NCBI GenBank assembly: GCA_944363005.1
Contig: CALVTV010000034.1
Span: 1 to 39,667 of the forward strand
Reading direction: 5' to 3'
Source of the DNA: an uncultured Clostridia bacterium
GTDB lineage: Bacteria > Bacillota > Clostridia > Christensenellales > Aristaeellaceae
Length of the DNA stretch: 39,667 bases
Shown here: positions 38,413-39,667 of the stretch, in pieces
Layout: every line of letters begins with the position of its first letter
Numbering within the stretch: position 1 is the first letter of the stretch
Position numbers and translations under genes: made by a program
The notes under the pieces: model-generated
What the model was told of the DNA's origin: nothing
Seen by the model: only the letters and a program-made list of their open reading frames with translations
Database searches by the model: none

Positions 38413-38565
38413 CCACAATCCCCCCATACACAAGCTGGGATCATTGTATAGCGTTTCACTCCGGCACCGTGTCGCTTTCCGGCGCGAAAAAGCACATTCG
38501 CCCGACACGTTTCTCGCCCAGGCCACACGCGCATTCAATGGTCTGTTGTTTGAACGCTTCGGCGC

Positions 38566-38606
38566 AAAAAAGCGCTGCCGCAAGCCCAAGGCCTGCATAG
38601 CAGCGC
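38566..38606 (-). terminator. intrinsic terminator of the small secreted-protein gene
   Basis: On the minus strand, the stem GCGCTGC...GCAGCGC (with further inner pairing) is followed by TTTTTT. It lies 20 nt beyond the stop. Confidence 0.75.
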
Positions 38607-38625
38607 AATATTCTGTTGACTTGTT

Positions 38626-39222
38626 TTAAGGAGCTTTGTAATCAACGCTCAGCACCCGGCGCACCCCATCCTCTGAATACGCGTAGACCGGCGCCTGTTC
38701 TCCCTGAACGCAGAGCGTTTCCCCTTCCTTAAGAGCGAAGAAATCATATACCGCGCGCAAATCTTCACATGAATAAGCGCAAAGCGCGTCCCCTGTCGAA
38801 TTTTTCACGGTGATGGTCGCAATTCCCGCCTGTTCGAGCAGATCCAGCGCCTGCGCGTCCAATCGGATTTCCACCTGCGCGTTTTCCCGCTGAATTTCCA
38901 AAAACATCGCCTTGCGGTCAACGCCGCGCTCAGGATACGTCACACGCTCCTTGAAGAGCAACTGTGTCGGAAAAATCGGATCGCTCACCTCATACAGGCG
39001 AAGGGACAGGCTTCCGCTCCCCAAATACGCCTGCCACAGCCAATAGGGACTGCCCCTGACGCCGCCGACAATCTGCTCCTCGCGCAGCTTCTCCAGCCGC
39101 CTCACCTGTTCTTGGGACATGTATTTCCAGGGGCGGCCAGGCGGATCGCCCGGTTCGGCTCCCACGGGCGCAAAAGCGGCAAGTGCAAGGCAAAACACGG
39201 CAAGCGCGAGCATCCTTTTCAT
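38626..39222 (-). CDS. hypothetical secreted protein
   Basis: It has a signal peptide (MKRMLALAVFCLALAAFAPVGA). ATG 39222 is preceded by AAGAGGGG. I recognised no family. Confidence 0.6.
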   Translation of the reverse strand: MKRMLALAVFCLALAAFAPVGAEPGDPPGRPWKYMSQEQVRRLEKLREEQIVGGVRGSPYWLWQAYLGSGSLSLRLYEVSDPIFPTQLLFKERVTYPERGVDRKAMFLEIQRENAQVEIRLDAQALDLLEQAGIATITVKNSTGDALCAYSCEDLRAVYDFFALKEGETLCVQGEQAPVYAYSEDGVRRVLSVDYKAP

Positions 39223-39279
39223 GGGCACAGCCCCTCTTTCGCAGTGGTGATATGGCGCAAACCACCTGATGTTTCCTTT

Positions 39280-39309
39280 ATTGTACCCCGCCTGTCAGCG
39301 CAGTGTCAA
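39280..39309 (-). promoter_or_regulatory. sigma-A type promoter for the secreted-protein gene
   Basis: The minus strand reads TTGACA (39309-39304), an 18-nt spacer, then TACAAT (39285-39280). Confidence 0.5.
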
Positions 39310-39323
39310 GCCTTTTCGCGCGC

Positions 39324-39667
39324 TCAATCCCAGGTGTCGTCATCCTCAAATGCATCGAGAAGGTCATGTTCTTCCCCCAGGACTTTATGCGCTTGCGCTG
39401 CCGGCAGTTCGCCCACATCAGAGAGCTTTTTGGCAATCGTTTCGCTGTGCCGCTGCGCGCTTTCAATGGACTCGCTAGCCTGCTGCAGCTTTTTCTGTGT
39501 CCGGCTGAGCAGCGTCGCAAAACCACCCAGATCCGTGCGCACAGCGCTCAAAAGCGTTGCAATTTCGTTCGTGCGTTGCTCAATCGCCAGCGAGCGGAAG
39601 CCCATCTGCAAGCTGGAAAGCAGCGCGGCAAGCGTCGTCGGCCCGGCGATGACCACCCGGCTCTCCT
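39324..39667 (-). CDS. rmuC: DNA recombination protein RmuC, C-terminal part (gene continues beyond the right edge)
   Basis: The reading frame is open to the window edge. The C-terminal RmuC-like sequence reads VIAGPTTLAALLSSLQMGFRSLAIEQ. Confidence 0.75.
   Translation of the reverse strand, partial: ESRVVIAGPTTLAALLSSLQMGFRSLAIEQRTNEIATLLSAVRTDLGGFATLLSRTQKKLQQASESIESAQRHSETIAKKLSDVGELPAAQAHKVLGEEHDLLDAFEDDDTWD

Overview
This GC-rich window (roughly 60% by eye) looks like a core chromosomal segment of an endospore-forming Firmicute, probably Clostridia-like; that taxonomic guess rests only on gene content. I support about 33 protein-coding genes. They comprise: TrkA/TrkH potassium uptake, a DUF3048 secreted protein, an aminotransferase, a nitroreductase, a DUF421/DUF4363 pair, an HD hydrolase, an M28 peptidase, an orphan receiver domain, PRPP synthetase, MurG, an SH3b-repeat surface protein, pyruvate:ferredoxin oxidoreductase, a TauE/SafE permease and a CxxC zinc-ribbon protein. 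Then follows a long minus-strand block: rnj-ylbF-mltG-U32 peptidase-recD2-comFC, then ftsK-hisS-rseC-trxA, a DUF3298-like secreted protein, dpaA/dpaB, spoIIE, a small secreted protein and the 3' end of rmuC. Many genes have near-consensus sigma-A promoters (TTGACA-17-TATAAT) and clear intrinsic terminators that can be read directly. I found no rRNA, tRNA, CRISPR array, transposase, integrase, prophage, defence or biosynthetic cluster, so this is mostly an ordinary housekeeping and sporulation region. Two items deserve a second look. The first is a roughly 235-nt noncoding segment with its own consensus promoter immediately downstream of comFC, the genomic position typical of the raiA-motif structured RNA. 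The second is an ftsK gene interrupted by one in-frame TAG between its membrane domain and its motor domain. Lesser oddities are an M28 peptidase with a hydrophobic insertion between its metal-ligand motifs, a stand-alone receiver domain that looks like a hybrid-kinase tail behind an AT-rich palindrome cluster, and interleaved inverted repeats between the divergent PFOR and TauE promoters. All functional calls come from recognising motifs in the supplied translations; no database search was run.
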